This document shows, one piece after another, positions 30,435-41,293 of a stretch of 64,000 bases of DNA (position 1 is its first letter; each line of letters begins with the position of its first letter). This DNA is from an uncultured virus (IMG/VR IMGVR_UViG_3300035510_000375) (Duplodnaviria > Heunggongvirae > Uroviricota > Caudoviricetes): the IMG/VR virus record IMGVR_UViG_3300035510_000375; one strand, 5' to 3'. Below the pieces are notes generated by a model. The model was given only the letters and a program-made list of their open reading frames with translations. It was not told the origin of the DNA and did not search any database. The position numbers and the translations under genes were made by a program.

Positions 30435-31399
30435 CACTTTTTCCATTGTCACCAATGGAGCTGACTATCTCTTACTCTCCTTTATAAAATATTTCCAAAC
30501 CTAAATACTTTTTATTATTTTTAATCCTATTACATATTTCTTGCCTTACTATTGTAGGATTTATCATTTTTGTGTATTTATTTTTAATTAACCATTCAGC
30601 AGCTTCTCTTGTCGTTTCAAAATTATGTTTGTTATTTTCTTTATCTATTATAATTAATGGTTTTGATTGTTGCTGTCCTGGGGTAAATCGTTTAACTCCA
30701 TTTTCATTCAATATTCTATCTATAGTTGAATGATCACAGCCAATTTCTAATGCTACCTTCCGAGCAGATTTTAATCTCATATATTTTTTTATAATATCAT
30801 CTATATCCCAATTATATAATTGAGTAGCTCTTCCGCCCAAGGTGCTATTGTAACCATTAAAATAACTATCATAATATTCTATCCAATATTTTTCTCTTTC
30901 ATTTAAATATTCATTATCAATTTCTTCAATTTCTTCACATTTAAAGTTATTAATACCATATTTATTAAATGCTTTATATAAAATAATTTGAGAAAAGTAC
31001 TCTTTATTACTATTATTTTTATGTTGTTGAAATCTTTTTTTCAACTGTTTTAATAGTTTGCCCTATGTAAACTTTTTGGTTAATTAAATTTGTAATTTTA
31101 TAAATATGTCCCATTTATTTTCTCCTTTCGGTTTAAAAGAAAATAAAGGAGAGTCCTCGCGCTTCGAATAGTGATAAAATCTATTCTACTTCCTTACACT
31201 CATCAGGAATAGTCGATACACTCCTTACTTTCACTTGTTTTTCCAATGAAAAGTAAAAAAGCACGGTATTGAGTTTAATTAAAACTGTCCACCGTTAGCA
31301 AAATTAATTTTAATAATTTCACACCGCTTTTTCTTGCGTTCACGAGGTTTTTTGTAGGCATGTCACCATGCCTAGGAGACCTTTAAACCCTATGGGTTA
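30435..31399 (-). mobile_element. Group I intron in dnaE, 965 nt, with frameshifted GIY-YIG endonuclease in the P8 loop
   Basis: Exon TGGAGAT pairs with GTCTCC (U-G); terminal G; GACTA...AAGAGATAGTC; splicing gives WR-F-LNPER. Confidence 0.9.
30472..31114 (-). pseudogene. GIY-YIG homing endonuclease, disrupted by one extra A in an A7 run near 31035-31041
   Basis: RBS AAGGAG, ATG 31114 gives MGHIYKITNLINQKVYIGQT; continuation KRFQQH..EREKYWIEYYDS..GYNST is in the +1 frame. Confidence 0.8.
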
Positions 31400-32729
31400 A
31401 TCTCCAACTATAAGTTTTAGTTTCTTCTCTTAAAGGATTAATTTGTGTAATACCTAAACAATATAAAAGAATAAAACCTACACCTGAGCCTCTTCCTGGG
31501 CCTACTATAGAATTTGCTTCCCAACATAAATCTATAATCTTTTGAAGATTAAGATAATAGGCTGACCAATGTGCTTTATTTACGTTAGAAGATACCCAAG
31601 TCATTTGCAGATTGCTATTAATTTCATTATAAGCTTCTTGATTTTGTAAATCTTCATGTTTATTAATACCTACTATTATTGCTTTAACTAATTTTTTATC
31701 TCCGTCGAAAGAAGAATTATTAAAAGTTTCTAACATAGGAATTTTATCTATCCATTCTTGAGTTAAAGAAATATTACTATAATCATTCCATTTAAGACTA
31801 GGAATTTTTAAAGGTTTTAAAATAGAATAATCTTCACATAAATTTTGAATTTTTGTAATATTACTATAAGCCCTATCTAATTCCTCTCTTGTTAAATCTA
31901 AATGAGATTCTAATTCTTCTGTGTTCATTAAATAAGTTGTAGCATAAAATGAATCTACTTCTCTATCTCCATCTTGGGCATGAAGAAAAGCTTTATGAAT
32001 ATTTTTATCTTCTTTTTGTAAATAATGAGAATCTGTAGTAATAATATAATCTATATTTAATAAATTAGATATTTCTATTAATTTTCTATTTACATATGTT
32101 TGCTCTTTTGAAGCAGAAGGCTGTAATTCTAAATAAAAATAATCTTTCCCGCCAAAAGTGTTACATATTAATTGACACCAATTTAAGATTTTATTCCATA
32201 AATCTGTGTCTTGCTCTTGAGTATCTCTATATTTTAAAAGTTGAGTTGCAAGCATACCACCAAGGCAAGCGCTAGAACCAATAACATGGCCTGGCTTCTT
32301 TCCTATAATTTCTACTATATCTTGATAATAAGTAGGAACTCTTCTTAAGCCTCTACTCACATAACTTCTCATCCAAGCTCTAGTAGATAATTCACAAATT
32401 TGTTGATAGCCTTGCAAATCTTTAGCTAAAAGAATAAAATGATAATATTTATCTTCTCCCGCTACATAATTTTCATTATTTAAACCATCTCTACATAAAT
32501 AAATCTCATTACCCATTATAACTTTTAATGGAATATTTTTCTCTTTAATTTTATTATATATTTTTTCTACTCTCACTGCAGATGCTATAGTTTCATGGTC
32601 TGTAACTGCTATAACTGAATGATTTAATTCTATTGCTTTATTAATTAAATCTTCCTCTTTAATAATACAATCCCGAATCCTGAAATTCGACATCTGGGTA
32701 TGATTATGTAAACTACCTGGATAATTCAT
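31400..32729 (-). CDS. dnaE: DNA polymerase III alpha subunit, exon 1 (PHP domain)
   Basis: SLHNHT, AVTDH, GNEIY, HFILLAK, TTDSHY, GPGRGSG. Confidence 0.9.
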
Positions 32730-33000
32730 TTTTACTCCTTAGTATGGATTCTAATATTTGAATATAATCTAAATTATCTGCCCAAAAACCGATTTTATCA
32801 TTTACAAGTTCCCAACATTCATTTATCCATGCTCTTTCAAAAGCATTGTCAGATATAAACATACTTTTTATATACGGATAACTTTCCATTTCATCAGCAT
32901 AAGGATTATTAATTCCCCACCAATAGGACTTTGAATAGTTTTTATTTTCTACGTTTATATTGTTGATAAGATTTAATAACTGTTCTTTTTTGGAATACAT
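32713..33000 (-). CDS. Hypothetical protein (95 aa)
   Basis: ORF downstream of sigmaA promoter, RBS AGGGG. Confidence 0.55.
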   Translation of the reverse strand: MYSKKEQLLNLINNINVENKNYSKSYWWGINNPYADEMESYPYIKSMFISDNAFERAWINECWELVNDKIGFWADNLDYIQILESILRSKNELSR

Positions 33001-33032
33001 ATTATTTATACCCCTTTTTCTTTTCTATATAT

Positions 33033-33061
33033 ATTATAACATAATTTTTATAAAAAGTCAA
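33033..33061 (-). promoter_or_regulatory. SigmaA-like promoter (member of a repeated family)
   Basis: TTGACT-17bp-TATAAT with TG. Confidence 0.7.
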
Positions 33062-33163
33062 AAAAGAGTGACAAGCACTCTTTCTTTTCAAATTTTCTAA
33101 CTAAAAATAGATTTAGTTTTATTAGAATTAAAAATTTATTTATCATTTTCTTTATCAACTTCA

Positions 33164-33388
33164 TCAAAAATAAATCAACTGCTTCACATATTTCAAAAGA
33201 AGAATTGAAAAAATTTCTTCTGCCTCATCACATATTAAAAATTCAATATAATTATTAAATAAATCCATTTCAGCAATTAATTTAATATCAGTATTTTTAT
33301 TATTCATTAAAGTGTAAATTGGTTTATAAAATACCATAAAATTTTTAGCTTCATTTCTTGTTTTTGGATTCCGTATGTCGTGTGTCAT
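33164..33388 (-). CDS. Hypothetical protein (74 aa)
   Basis: ORF following helicase, GAGGT RBS. Confidence 0.45.
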   Translation of the reverse strand: MTHDIRNPKTRNEAKNFMVFYKPIYTLMNNKNTDIKLIAEMDLFNNYIEFLICDEAEEIFSILLLKYVKQLIYF

Positions 33389-33393
33389 ATCTA

Positions 33394-34583
33394 CTACCTC
33401 ACTAAAACAAGCTTCTCTGCGCTACGAGTTGCAGCTGTGTATAGCCACCGGGCGTGTTCAATTTTATCAAATGGAAAAGACTCTTCTATGACTAAAACTT
33501 TATCAAATTCGCTGCCTTGTGCTTTATGAGCCGTAATCGCATACCCATACGCAAACTGCCTAGGTATGATATCCCCTATTTTATTTCTTAATTTACCAAG
33601 AGCATAAGATTCTCTCCAATCAAGACAAGGTTCTCCAGTTTGTATCATTTTTTTATCCATGTCAACAGAATGAAAAGTTGTTCCATCTTCTGTAATAAAC
33701 TCTCCACAAATTATATTCATGCGATGATTTTTCATTTTTATATATTGTGGAGCCATAGTATAGGTTTCAAAAGGATTTTGAATAATACCTGTTGTTCCAT
33801 TTACTAGTGCAGATTCTCCATCTTCAGATAAATCTTCCCAATAATTAGATAAGCAAATCATGCGTTCGCCCGTTTGCGGCAGCCCGCTATAACCAAGCAG
33901 TTCGCGCATTTGATCATTTAATGCTCTTCTTTTGCTATTAGTAGCGCAAATAATTTGATCTGCCCAAGTCATATGCCCAGTAACTAATTCACTAGGAGGA
34001 ATCACTAAAATATCTTTCCCTTGAAAATAGTCTATGACTTCACCTTCACGTATTTTCATAGTAAGTTGAATAATTTCAGATTCTGCAGCTTGGCGCATAA
34101 TCTCAGATAGGAATACATGAGGCTTGTCTAGTAGATGATTATCATCCTTTTTAGAGATCGGGCCTAGCTGAAATGGATCGCCTAAGAAAATTACATAAAC
34201 ATTGTAACTCAATAATAAATCTATCATTTCAGTAGGAACCATTGATACCTCATCTACAACAACAATAGTAAAGTCCAATGAAACTTTAGGTTTGCGATAG
34301 AAACCTCCATCCGGGCGAGGGAAACTATCATACAATAATTTATGTAAAGTCATAGCATTTGGATTACCCTTTTTGCGTAATACTTCTGCTGCTTTACCTG
34401 TATATGTTGCATAAGCTACTTTTCTTTCTTCTACATCCAATGCCTCAATGATAAAACGAACTAGAGTTGATTTCCCGGTTCCTGCTTTTAGGCATAGCCA
34501 GAGATAACAGTAAACTTTTTATTGTTTCTGTATCTGGCTATAGCAATTTTCAAACCTTCTTCTTGTTTTTTAGTCAATTTCAT
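33394..34583 (-). CDS. RecD/Dda-like SF1B helicase, interrupted by an 8-nt insertion at 34486-34493
   Basis: RBS AGGAGG, ATG 34583 MKLTKKQEEG..ISGYA then TAA; removing 8 nt restores GYAGTGKST; downstream VDEVSM, GDPFQL, RQA, AITAHKAQGSE, LYTAATR. Confidence 0.85.
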
Positions 34584-34724
34584 CAGGTTCTACTTCCTCC
34601 TTTTCTTTTTTTCTATAAATATTATATCACAAAATTATATAAAAATCAAATAAGTAAAAATGGGTTTGAAAAAATCCAAACCCCTATTTTGAATCTGAAT
34701 GTCGGATGTTTACCCTCCAAGCAG

Positions 34725-36539
34725 TTAAAAGAAATATTTACTAGAGTCAACAATTTCATACTCTGTTATAAAAATCTGCGGAGACACATTTCCATTCCAT
34801 TCATTTAGATGGCATTTGCCTACACAATTTATTTTTACATAGCCTGTATTATTTGTCTGCAACTTATCACAATCTTTTTCTGTTGCATTAAATAACATTA
34901 AAGTTACATTATTATTTAGTTGAATTTTAATTGTTATACTTGATTTATTATAAATAGTTACCATTTCCGGTACTATAGTTAAATTCTCAATAGCAACGAT
35001 GCTTTCTGATAGATCCTTCCCCCAATAGCAATCCATAGAGGCTATATCTAATATATTTTGAGGATTTACATTATTTCCATTATAAATATAATCAACATAA
35101 TATAATGCTTCGGAAGGCATATCTTTTAATGCTTCATCTGTTGCGGAAATGAATTTATTTATGTTTTCTTCGGGGATGTTTAGCCCGAAGGCTCCTTCAT
35201 GACCCGCGGCTAGACTCGTCAACCCAGTTCCCGCGCAGATACTCTTAAAATTAGTAATACCAACTATATCACATCCTCTTGCAGAACCTTGATATGATAT
35301 ATTAGTATACATTTCTGCAATTACTTTATCATTATTAGGAAACTCTACCTTACTAATTTCTTCCACTCTTGTAAGAATAGCACAAGGTCTTTGATAAAGT
35401 GAAGCTACCTTATTTGCGCATAATCCCGCAATATTTTTGTCTATTTGTCCAGGTTCAAGCAAGAATAATAATACTTTATGTTCAAGCATATTATCTTCTA
35501 TAATTTTATTCTCTAAAAGTTCCATCCCTGCATCTTGAGCTCTTGATTGTCTATTCTTCACATTGGTACAAGTTCTTACAGCTTGCTCTACTAATTTTTC
35601 TTGTTCTCCTGGTAAATGCCCTCTTTTGGTAGATGGAATTAAATTAAAAGCCTTAAAAGCTAACATCGACTCAAAAATTAATTCTTTTTCCTCTTGGGTT
35701 CCACTACGCACAATAGCATTAACTAGAGGTGCAATATAAAAAGCTGCGCCCCATGATGTGATGTGGTCACCTAATTTAAATTGATTCTTTTGCCACATAT
35801 AATAAATAAAAGGATTATGAATATTCTCAGGTTCAAAGCCTTTATTTATTAAATGTTTTGTTTCTATTGATTGCAAAGATTGCATATCTGCAGTGTTGCC
35901 AAGAGCTACCAAGTCAAGATATTGATTTGCATAATCAGTGTTTAAAAGGCTATCTAAATATCTACATAATTGCCAAGTAACTCCCACTCCGCTCAATTCT
36001 TTATTAGGATAATCGCTATTTTGATTATTTATTACAATCCCGCAAGTGATTTCTGCATCTACGATATGATGATCTAAACAAACTGTAGTAATCCCATTTT
36101 CATATAATTTCTGATGAAATTCTACATCATTAGAACCTGCATCTGGAAGAATCACCAACTTAAAATCATCTGTATAGGCTTGCTCATAACAATCATTTAA
36201 ACCATGCTGTTTTCCTTCGTGGATATACCATGTTAAATAATGTTTAGTCCAAGCGGGAAATAAAGTATAAAGATAATTAATAAGAAGGGCAGCGGAAGTA
36301 AAACCGTCGCAATCACTGTCTACAATGATTAAGGCCTTTAAATTATACTTGACTGCGGTAATAATAGAGGCCGCCGCATTTTTCATATTTTCTTCACCAA
36401 AAGCTAAAGGTGAATTAATATCGGCATCTGTTGTATTTATATAATGATACAAATTATTATATTCAATCCCTCTATTGGTTAATACCTGTTCTAACGCAGA
36501 GTAATTAGGATTAATCTCTTTAATTAATTTATATTTCAT
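34725..36539 (-). CDS. recJ: RecJ-like single-stranded DNA exonuclease (DHH family)
   Basis: DSDCDG, PDAG, LDHH, GSAR, GHEGAFG. Confidence 0.88.
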   Translation of the reverse strand: MKYKLIKEINPNYSALEQVLTNRGIEYNNLYHYINTTDADINSPLAFGEENMKNAAASIITAVKYNLKALIIVDSDCDGFTSAALLINYLYTLFPAWTKHYLTWYIHEGKQHGLNDCYEQAYTDDFKLVILPDAGSNDVEFHQKLYENGITTVCLDHHIVDAEITCGIVINNQNSDYPNKELSGVGVTWQLCRYLDSLLNTDYANQYLDLVALGNTADMQSLQSIETKHLINKGFEPENIHNPFIYYMWQKNQFKLGDHITSWGAAFYIAPLVNAIVRSGTQEEKELIFESMLAFKAFNLIPSTKRGHLPGEQEKLVEQAVRTCTNVKNRQSRAQDAGMELLENKIIEDNMLEHKVLLFLLEPGQIDKNIAGLCANKVASLYQRPCAILTRVEEISKVEFPNNDKVIAEMYTNISYQGSARGCDIVGITNFKSICAGTGLTSLAAGHEGAFGLNIPEENINKFISATDEALKDMPSEALYYVDYIYNGNNVNPQNILDIASMDCYWGKDLSESIVAIENLTIVPEMVTIYNKSSITIKIQLNNNVTLMLFNATEKDCDKLQTNNTGYVKINCVGKCHLNEWNGNVSPQIFITEYEIVDSSKYFF

Positions 36540-36724
36540 TTACTTATCTCCAAATGTATTTCTTGGTTGCATTGAGGACAAATAATATATTTTACATCAT
36601 TGATAATATCCATACAAACTATAGTTCTAGTTCGGAGAATATCCTCATCTTCATATGTTAGCACCGCTCCACATGAATTACAAGTTATTTGATGTTTTGT
36701 TCCTCTTTTAATAATTGTTATCAT
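36536..36724 (-). CDS. Small zinc-ribbon protein
   Basis: CNSCG...CPQC. Confidence 0.6.
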   Translation of the reverse strand: MITIIKRGTKHQITCNSCGAVLTYEDEDILRTRTIVCMDIINDVKYIICPQCNQEIHLEISK

Positions 36725-36741
36725 ATTTATTTTACCTTAAA

Positions 36742-36978
36742 TTATTCTATAAAATCTACTGTTCCATATGAAACGCAATCACAAATAGCAACAGGAATAC
36801 CTTTATATCGTTTTATTGCTATACCATCAAAATTATTAAATGTCTTTAGCACCAAGTCTGTGCTCATATCTTTACTCATAACTAAATATTTAGGTAAACG
36901 ATTATATTTAGTTTTAAATTCATCAATTTCTTTATCAAGTTTCTTAATATCAATTGTTGTAAAATCTTGAACTAACAT
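36742..36978 (-). CDS. Hypothetical protein (78 aa)
   Basis: ORF in operon. Confidence 0.5.
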   Translation of the reverse strand: MLVQDFTTIDIKKLDKEIDEFKTKYNRLPKYLVMSKDMSTDLVLKTFNNFDGIAIKRYKGIPVAICDCVSYGTVDFIE

Positions 36979-36979
36979 A

Positions 36980-38071
36980 TTACAAATATATCCTTTCTTT
37001 AAATAATTTTAAAAACACATCTTTACCTTTGTCAATGGGAGCATCTTTATAGTCTAAATATTCTCCTTTTTTATCATAAACGAAGCTTAAATTATATAAA
37101 GCACCATATTTTTTCTGATAGTTATAAAATTTTTGAACATATTGCTTTTTATCATCTTTTTCGCCCTCTCTATCAAAAGCAATAATAATTTCTTCTGCGC
37201 CTACAGATTTTAATAATCCTAGTTGATAACTGATTATTGTCTGTCCGCAGCAAGCAACTGTAATATCATTTTCCTCTCCAAAGTAACTCGCATAAAGCAT
37301 TGTTGATTTTTCTGACTCAAAAATAATAGCTTTTTTAATAAGCTTAATATTATCTTTACTATTATTTAAATTATATAAATTAAAAGAAAGCGGGTGGCGG
37401 TATAGTGTCCCGTTAAGCTTGGCTGGGAGATACTTACCCCATTGTTCATTTTCTTTTATTAGAGTTCGCTCTCTAATTCCAACTAAGTTATTATTTATAT
37501 CATAATGCGGAATTACTATACCTTCATTAACGGGATCATAAGAAATCCCTCTACGTTTTATTATTTCTGTAGAAATACCCTCTTGTTCCCAGGGTAATAT
37601 CCTGGGCTTTGGCAAAAAATTAAGTATCCTATCATTATAAAATTTTAACTCTATTTTCTGGTCATTATTTTGAGATTCTTGAATTTTACTATAGTTCTTA
37701 AAGTAATTCCAATCTTCAAGAGATACTTCTTCAAAAGGTTCAAAAACATTAAAATCATAACCAAAATATGAAGCTACATAGGCAATAGCTTTTGGTAAAG
37801 GCCATTCAATATTTTCTTGAATAGATTTTTGTTTTTGCACTAAACTAAAAATATCAAATGTTTCGCCGCATGATGTGAAGCACCGGAACAGGTGTGTATT
37901 GTTGTAGTAATAAAGCTTATAAGAACCCTCACCTGGTTTATTATGACATATCGTTTGAGATATGAAATAATTTTCTTTAATAGGTTGCGGGTTCCCGCCC
38001 AATTCCGCCACTAAATCATGTATTTGTTCTATTGTTAATTCTTCTTTTAATTTATCTTTGTCTATTTTCAT
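36980..38071 (-). CDS. dnaG: DNA primase (Zn-binding plus TOPRIM)
   Basis: TICHN..FRCFTSCG zinc finger; IIFESEKS, IIIAFDRE, KDAPID TOPRIM. Confidence 0.8.
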   Translation of the reverse strand: MKIDKDKLKEELTIEQIHDLVAELGGNPQPIKENYFISQTICHNKPGEGSYKLYYYNNTHLFRCFTSCGETFDIFSLVQKQKSIQENIEWPLPKAIAYVASYFGYDFNVFEPFEEVSLEDWNYFKNYSKIQESQNNDQKIELKFYNDRILNFLPKPRILPWEQEGISTEIIKRRGISYDPVNEGIVIPHYDINNNLVGIRERTLIKENEQWGKYLPAKLNGTLYRHPLSFNLYNLNNSKDNIKLIKKAIIFESEKSTMLYASYFGEENDITVACCGQTIISYQLGLLKSVGAEEIIIAFDREGEKDDKKQYVQKFYNYQKKYGALYNLSFVYDKKGEYLDYKDAPIDKGKDVFLKLFKERIYL

Positions 38072-38628
38072 TTTACTTCTAGCTTCTCAAAAATTAATGT
38101 GTTAAAAAGAAAATTTTTGCAAATATAAATACTTGCAAAACTAACTCCTTTTTGAACCTCTTTCATTTCTTTGTCTTTATAAAAATTAATTCTTTTATCA
38201 AAAATTAATACTTCACAATCTTTTATATAATCAAATCGCTTTTGTCCTTGTAAAGTAGGTAAAGGCAATAGCATCGCATAAGGCTTATGTAATTCATCTA
38301 ATCTTTTTAAAATATCATCTTTAATACTAAAAGGTGGATTAGAAATAATAACATCATAATGTTCCGGCTCATATTCAAAGAAATTTTGTCCATTATTAAT
38401 ATGCGTAGCTATTACGTTATATCCAGCCTCTTTAAATGTTTTTACATACCAGCTATCTTCTTCATCAAAAGGACACCAAATAGTTATATCCTTTCTACTT
38501 AGAATATTAGCATCATGTAACCAATTATCTAAATGTTTTATTAAAGGTGTAACTGCATATTGCGGAGTGTATACTTCATCTGAAGCTTTATCTGTTTTAG
38601 CAGTTAAATATCCTACATTTAATGCCAT
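38068..38628 (-). CDS. Adenine-specific methyltransferase-like protein
   Basis: DEVYTP, IWCPFD, IISNPPFS motif IV. Confidence 0.75.
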   Translation of the reverse strand: MALNVGYLTAKTDKASDEVYTPQYAVTPLIKHLDNWLHDANILSRKDITIWCPFDEEDSWYVKTFKEAGYNVIATHINNGQNFFEYEPEHYDVIISNPPFSIKDDILKRLDELHKPYAMLLPLPTLQGQKRFDYIKDCEVLIFDKRINFYKDKEMKEVQKGVSFASIYICKNFLFNTLIFEKLEVK

Positions 38629-38638
38629 AGTTTCCTCC

Positions 38639-38980
38639 TTAAAAAGCACTTGCTTGAATTGCGGGTTTTATATTTATTTTTGTATCTTCCATTTCAATAA
38701 ATTCATAATTGTAATCAGTGGCAAATAAAGGAATAATTTTACAAGTACCTTTATTACTTTTGCACCATAAGAAAAGGTTATTATATTTTCCTCGTCTATT
38801 TTTATAAATTGATATTTTCATATCGGGAACTTCAAAAGTTTTACTATCAAGGATTGGTTGAAGTGATTCTATATCTTCGCTTGTGGCTTTCAGCATAATG
38901 GCCCCTATATCAATTTTGTCTGCAATTGCTTTGGCGCCTCTAAGCAAGTTTTGATCCGGAATTTTCTCTTCCTTCCAACT
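38639..38980 (-). CDS. dnaB: Replicative helicase, exon 2
   Basis: DQNLLRGAKAIADKID..KNRRG; spliced product 511 aa. Confidence 0.85.
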   Translation of the reverse strand, partial: SWKEEKIPDQNLLRGAKAIADKIDIGAIMLKATSEDIESLQPILDSKTFEVPDMKISIYKNRRGKYNNLFLWCKSNKGTCKIIPLFATDYNYEFIEMEDTKINIKPAIQASAF

Positions 38981-40099
38981 CGTTTAATCCTTACATTTCT
39001 ATAAGGAACTGACTATCTCTTAAAGTTATAAAATTTTTTATAACTTAAAACCTATTTCGGTTCTCATGCACTTCGTTTCCTAAAATGCAGACGCATCTCA
39101 GCTAGCGTCCCTACTCCCCAGCTTGTTTCAGACTTTGGGGATAGTCGATACATGGCTCAATCCATTTTTTGATTGACTTTTTATAAATTGGCAAATTTTT
39201 ATATGATTCTCCATAAATTATAGCTTTTATAGCAGAATTGGTAGCAATGTGATTATATTGCGGATAAAGTTGATTTGGAGTTTGACCTTCTGCATACTTT
39301 TTTCTTATTTCCATAACTTGCTCATCAGTAAATTTAGCTTTTTTATTTTTTGAGCCTTTTATTCCAACTGACATAATTCTTATTGGATATGACTCATTTT
39401 CTTCGGACCAAATTTTACCTTGATTAATCATTGATAAAGTAGACTTTGAAACAAAAGGAAATTTATCATTTATTTCGGTTAGGGTTAAATCAGTTTCTTT
39501 TAAAAGTTTTTTTATTTCATTAACTTCTTTTTGATTAAGTTTTGCTTGGCTGTGATTTTCTCCTTTTAATGCAAAACTTTCTTGTCCGCCCAAACCTATA
39601 TTATAGCCTTTTTCTTTATTTGTTGAATTATAATAATGAATCCAAAATCTTTCTTTATCATCTAACTCTTCTTTTAAGCACTCTTCTAAAATACTTAAAG
39701 AAAAATTACTTATACCATATTTCTGCATTGCTAAGTGTATTGGAGTATTAATATCTCTTTTATTTTTTAAAGAATATTTTTCAGGCTGTCCAGATCTTAA
39801 ATGCTCTGAATATCTTCTTTCAATATTAATACTTTGTCCCACGTAAACTTTACCATTTACATTATTTGTTATTAAATAAATTCCAATCATATTTTTCTCC
39901 TTATTATGACAATGCAAAATATCATAATAAATCGAATGGATTGCATCACACGGGATTCTCATGGTAAATTGCATTTAGTTATTTACTGTACAATATACTT
40001 TAAAGTTCCCCGTTAGCATTTAATAAACTTTGTCCAAAAATTTATTAAATACCCCTAGTGAGTTCTAGGATAAGGTTTTATTGGCAGTTACTTTTTCCT
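38981..40099 (-). mobile_element. Group I intron in dnaB, 1119 nt, with intact GIY-YIG endonuclease
   Basis: TGGT|AG pairs with CTGCCA (U-G); terminal G; GACTA...AAGAGATAGTC; splicing gives STQLNG-SWKEEKIPDQNLLRG. Confidence 0.88.
39111..39890 (-). CDS. Intron-encoded GIY-YIG homing endonuclease (259 aa)
   Basis: RBS AAGGAG, MIGIYLITNNVNGKVYVGQS..RYSEH..ERFWI..GYN; C-terminal HTH repeats. Confidence 0.88.
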   Translation of the reverse strand: MIGIYLITNNVNGKVYVGQSINIERRYSEHLRSGQPEKYSLKNKRDINTPIHLAMQKYGISNFSLSILEECLKEELDDKERFWIHYYNSTNKEKGYNIGLGGQESFALKGENHSQAKLNQKEVNEIKKLLKETDLTLTEINDKFPFVSKSTLSMINQGKIWSEENESYPIRIMSVGIKGSKNKKAKFTDEQVMEIRKKYAEGQTPNQLYPQYNHIATNSAIKAIIYGESYKNLPIYKKSIKKWIEPCIDYPQSLKQAGE

Positions 40100-41293
40100 A
40101 CCATTTAACTGCGTAGAAGAGAGAATAAACACTCCATAATCATTAGCTAAATCTTTAAGTCTAACACTAATTAAAAATAAAATATTATCCTCGCGGAGAC
40201 CGGATACCTTTGATTTGGAGGATATTTCTGAAAGAATTTTCATACTTGTGTGCAGATAATCCAAACACAAGTAACGCACACCATGCTCATGAATCCCACG
40301 TTTTAATGTATTCTCAATATCTTGCAAAGAAAAATCATGTAACTCTTGAATATAAATGGGAGATTTTTGCAAGATATTAGAAGCTTTTACCACGCGCTCC
40401 CATTCTCCTTCATAATATTCTCCCGTCAAAATATGCTCTTCATCTACATCTGATATAAAAGCTATCATCATAGTTTGAATTTCATTTATCTCTTGTTCTG
40501 TTGTAATATATAAAGTAGGTTCTTTAGAACCATTCTCTACCCATTTATGTTCTTTATAATCATATAACTCACTGCAGGCAAAGTTACACGCGTCCGCTAT
40601 CATTGCTCTCGTTTTGCCGAGGCCCGAGGGGGCCGAACGTAGGTAGAACTTTTTTAACCGAGCCCCGCGCGTGATAGTATTAATAAGAGGACCAAACATT
40701 GGATATCCATACTCTGGATTCTTTTTAAAAGATTCTATTAACTCTAATACATTTTCACCAGCTTGCGCAGATTGTTCATTATAATCATCTGCATATTTCA
40801 TTTTAATAGCAGATATCTTAGAATCTATGGTTTCCGCAATCTGTTCTAATGAAGTATTATCTAGCCATTCTTCTTGAGTTTGCTTCTTTTTAGTATCTAA
40901 AATGTTATCATTATCATACAACCAAGAGAGGTCTAAACCTATTTTTTGATACATTCTAAATAAAGTCATTTTCTTCATTCGACTATAATAATAATCAAAA
41001 GTAGCTAATTGAGTAACTTCCGCAAGTTTATTTAAATATTCAGTTCCTTTGTTCGCTTTATAAATTGCCATCTTTTTTGGGCGTTGCTCTAAGTAATCTT
41101 CTATTGTGCTAATAGTAATTTCTTTAGCCCCAAGATTATGTAAATTATAAATAGAACCAAAAATAATTTTATGAAACTCTTGCGGAAAATCTTCTTCATA
41201 AAAATTATATTTTTCATTATCCAATAGTAAAGGATTAAGAAAAATTGAGCCTATTACATTTATTATTGCTGTTGTATCTATATATTTAGACAT
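40100..41293 (-). CDS. dnaB: Replicative helicase, exon 1
   Basis: SAPSGLGKT Walker A, ITTEQ, CLDYLH, STQLN. Confidence 0.88.

Noticed and set aside
31030..31045. Programmed -1 frameshift at A AAA AAG in the dnaE-intron endonuclease
   Set aside because: The downstream coding frame is +1, so a -1 slip would not restore the protein
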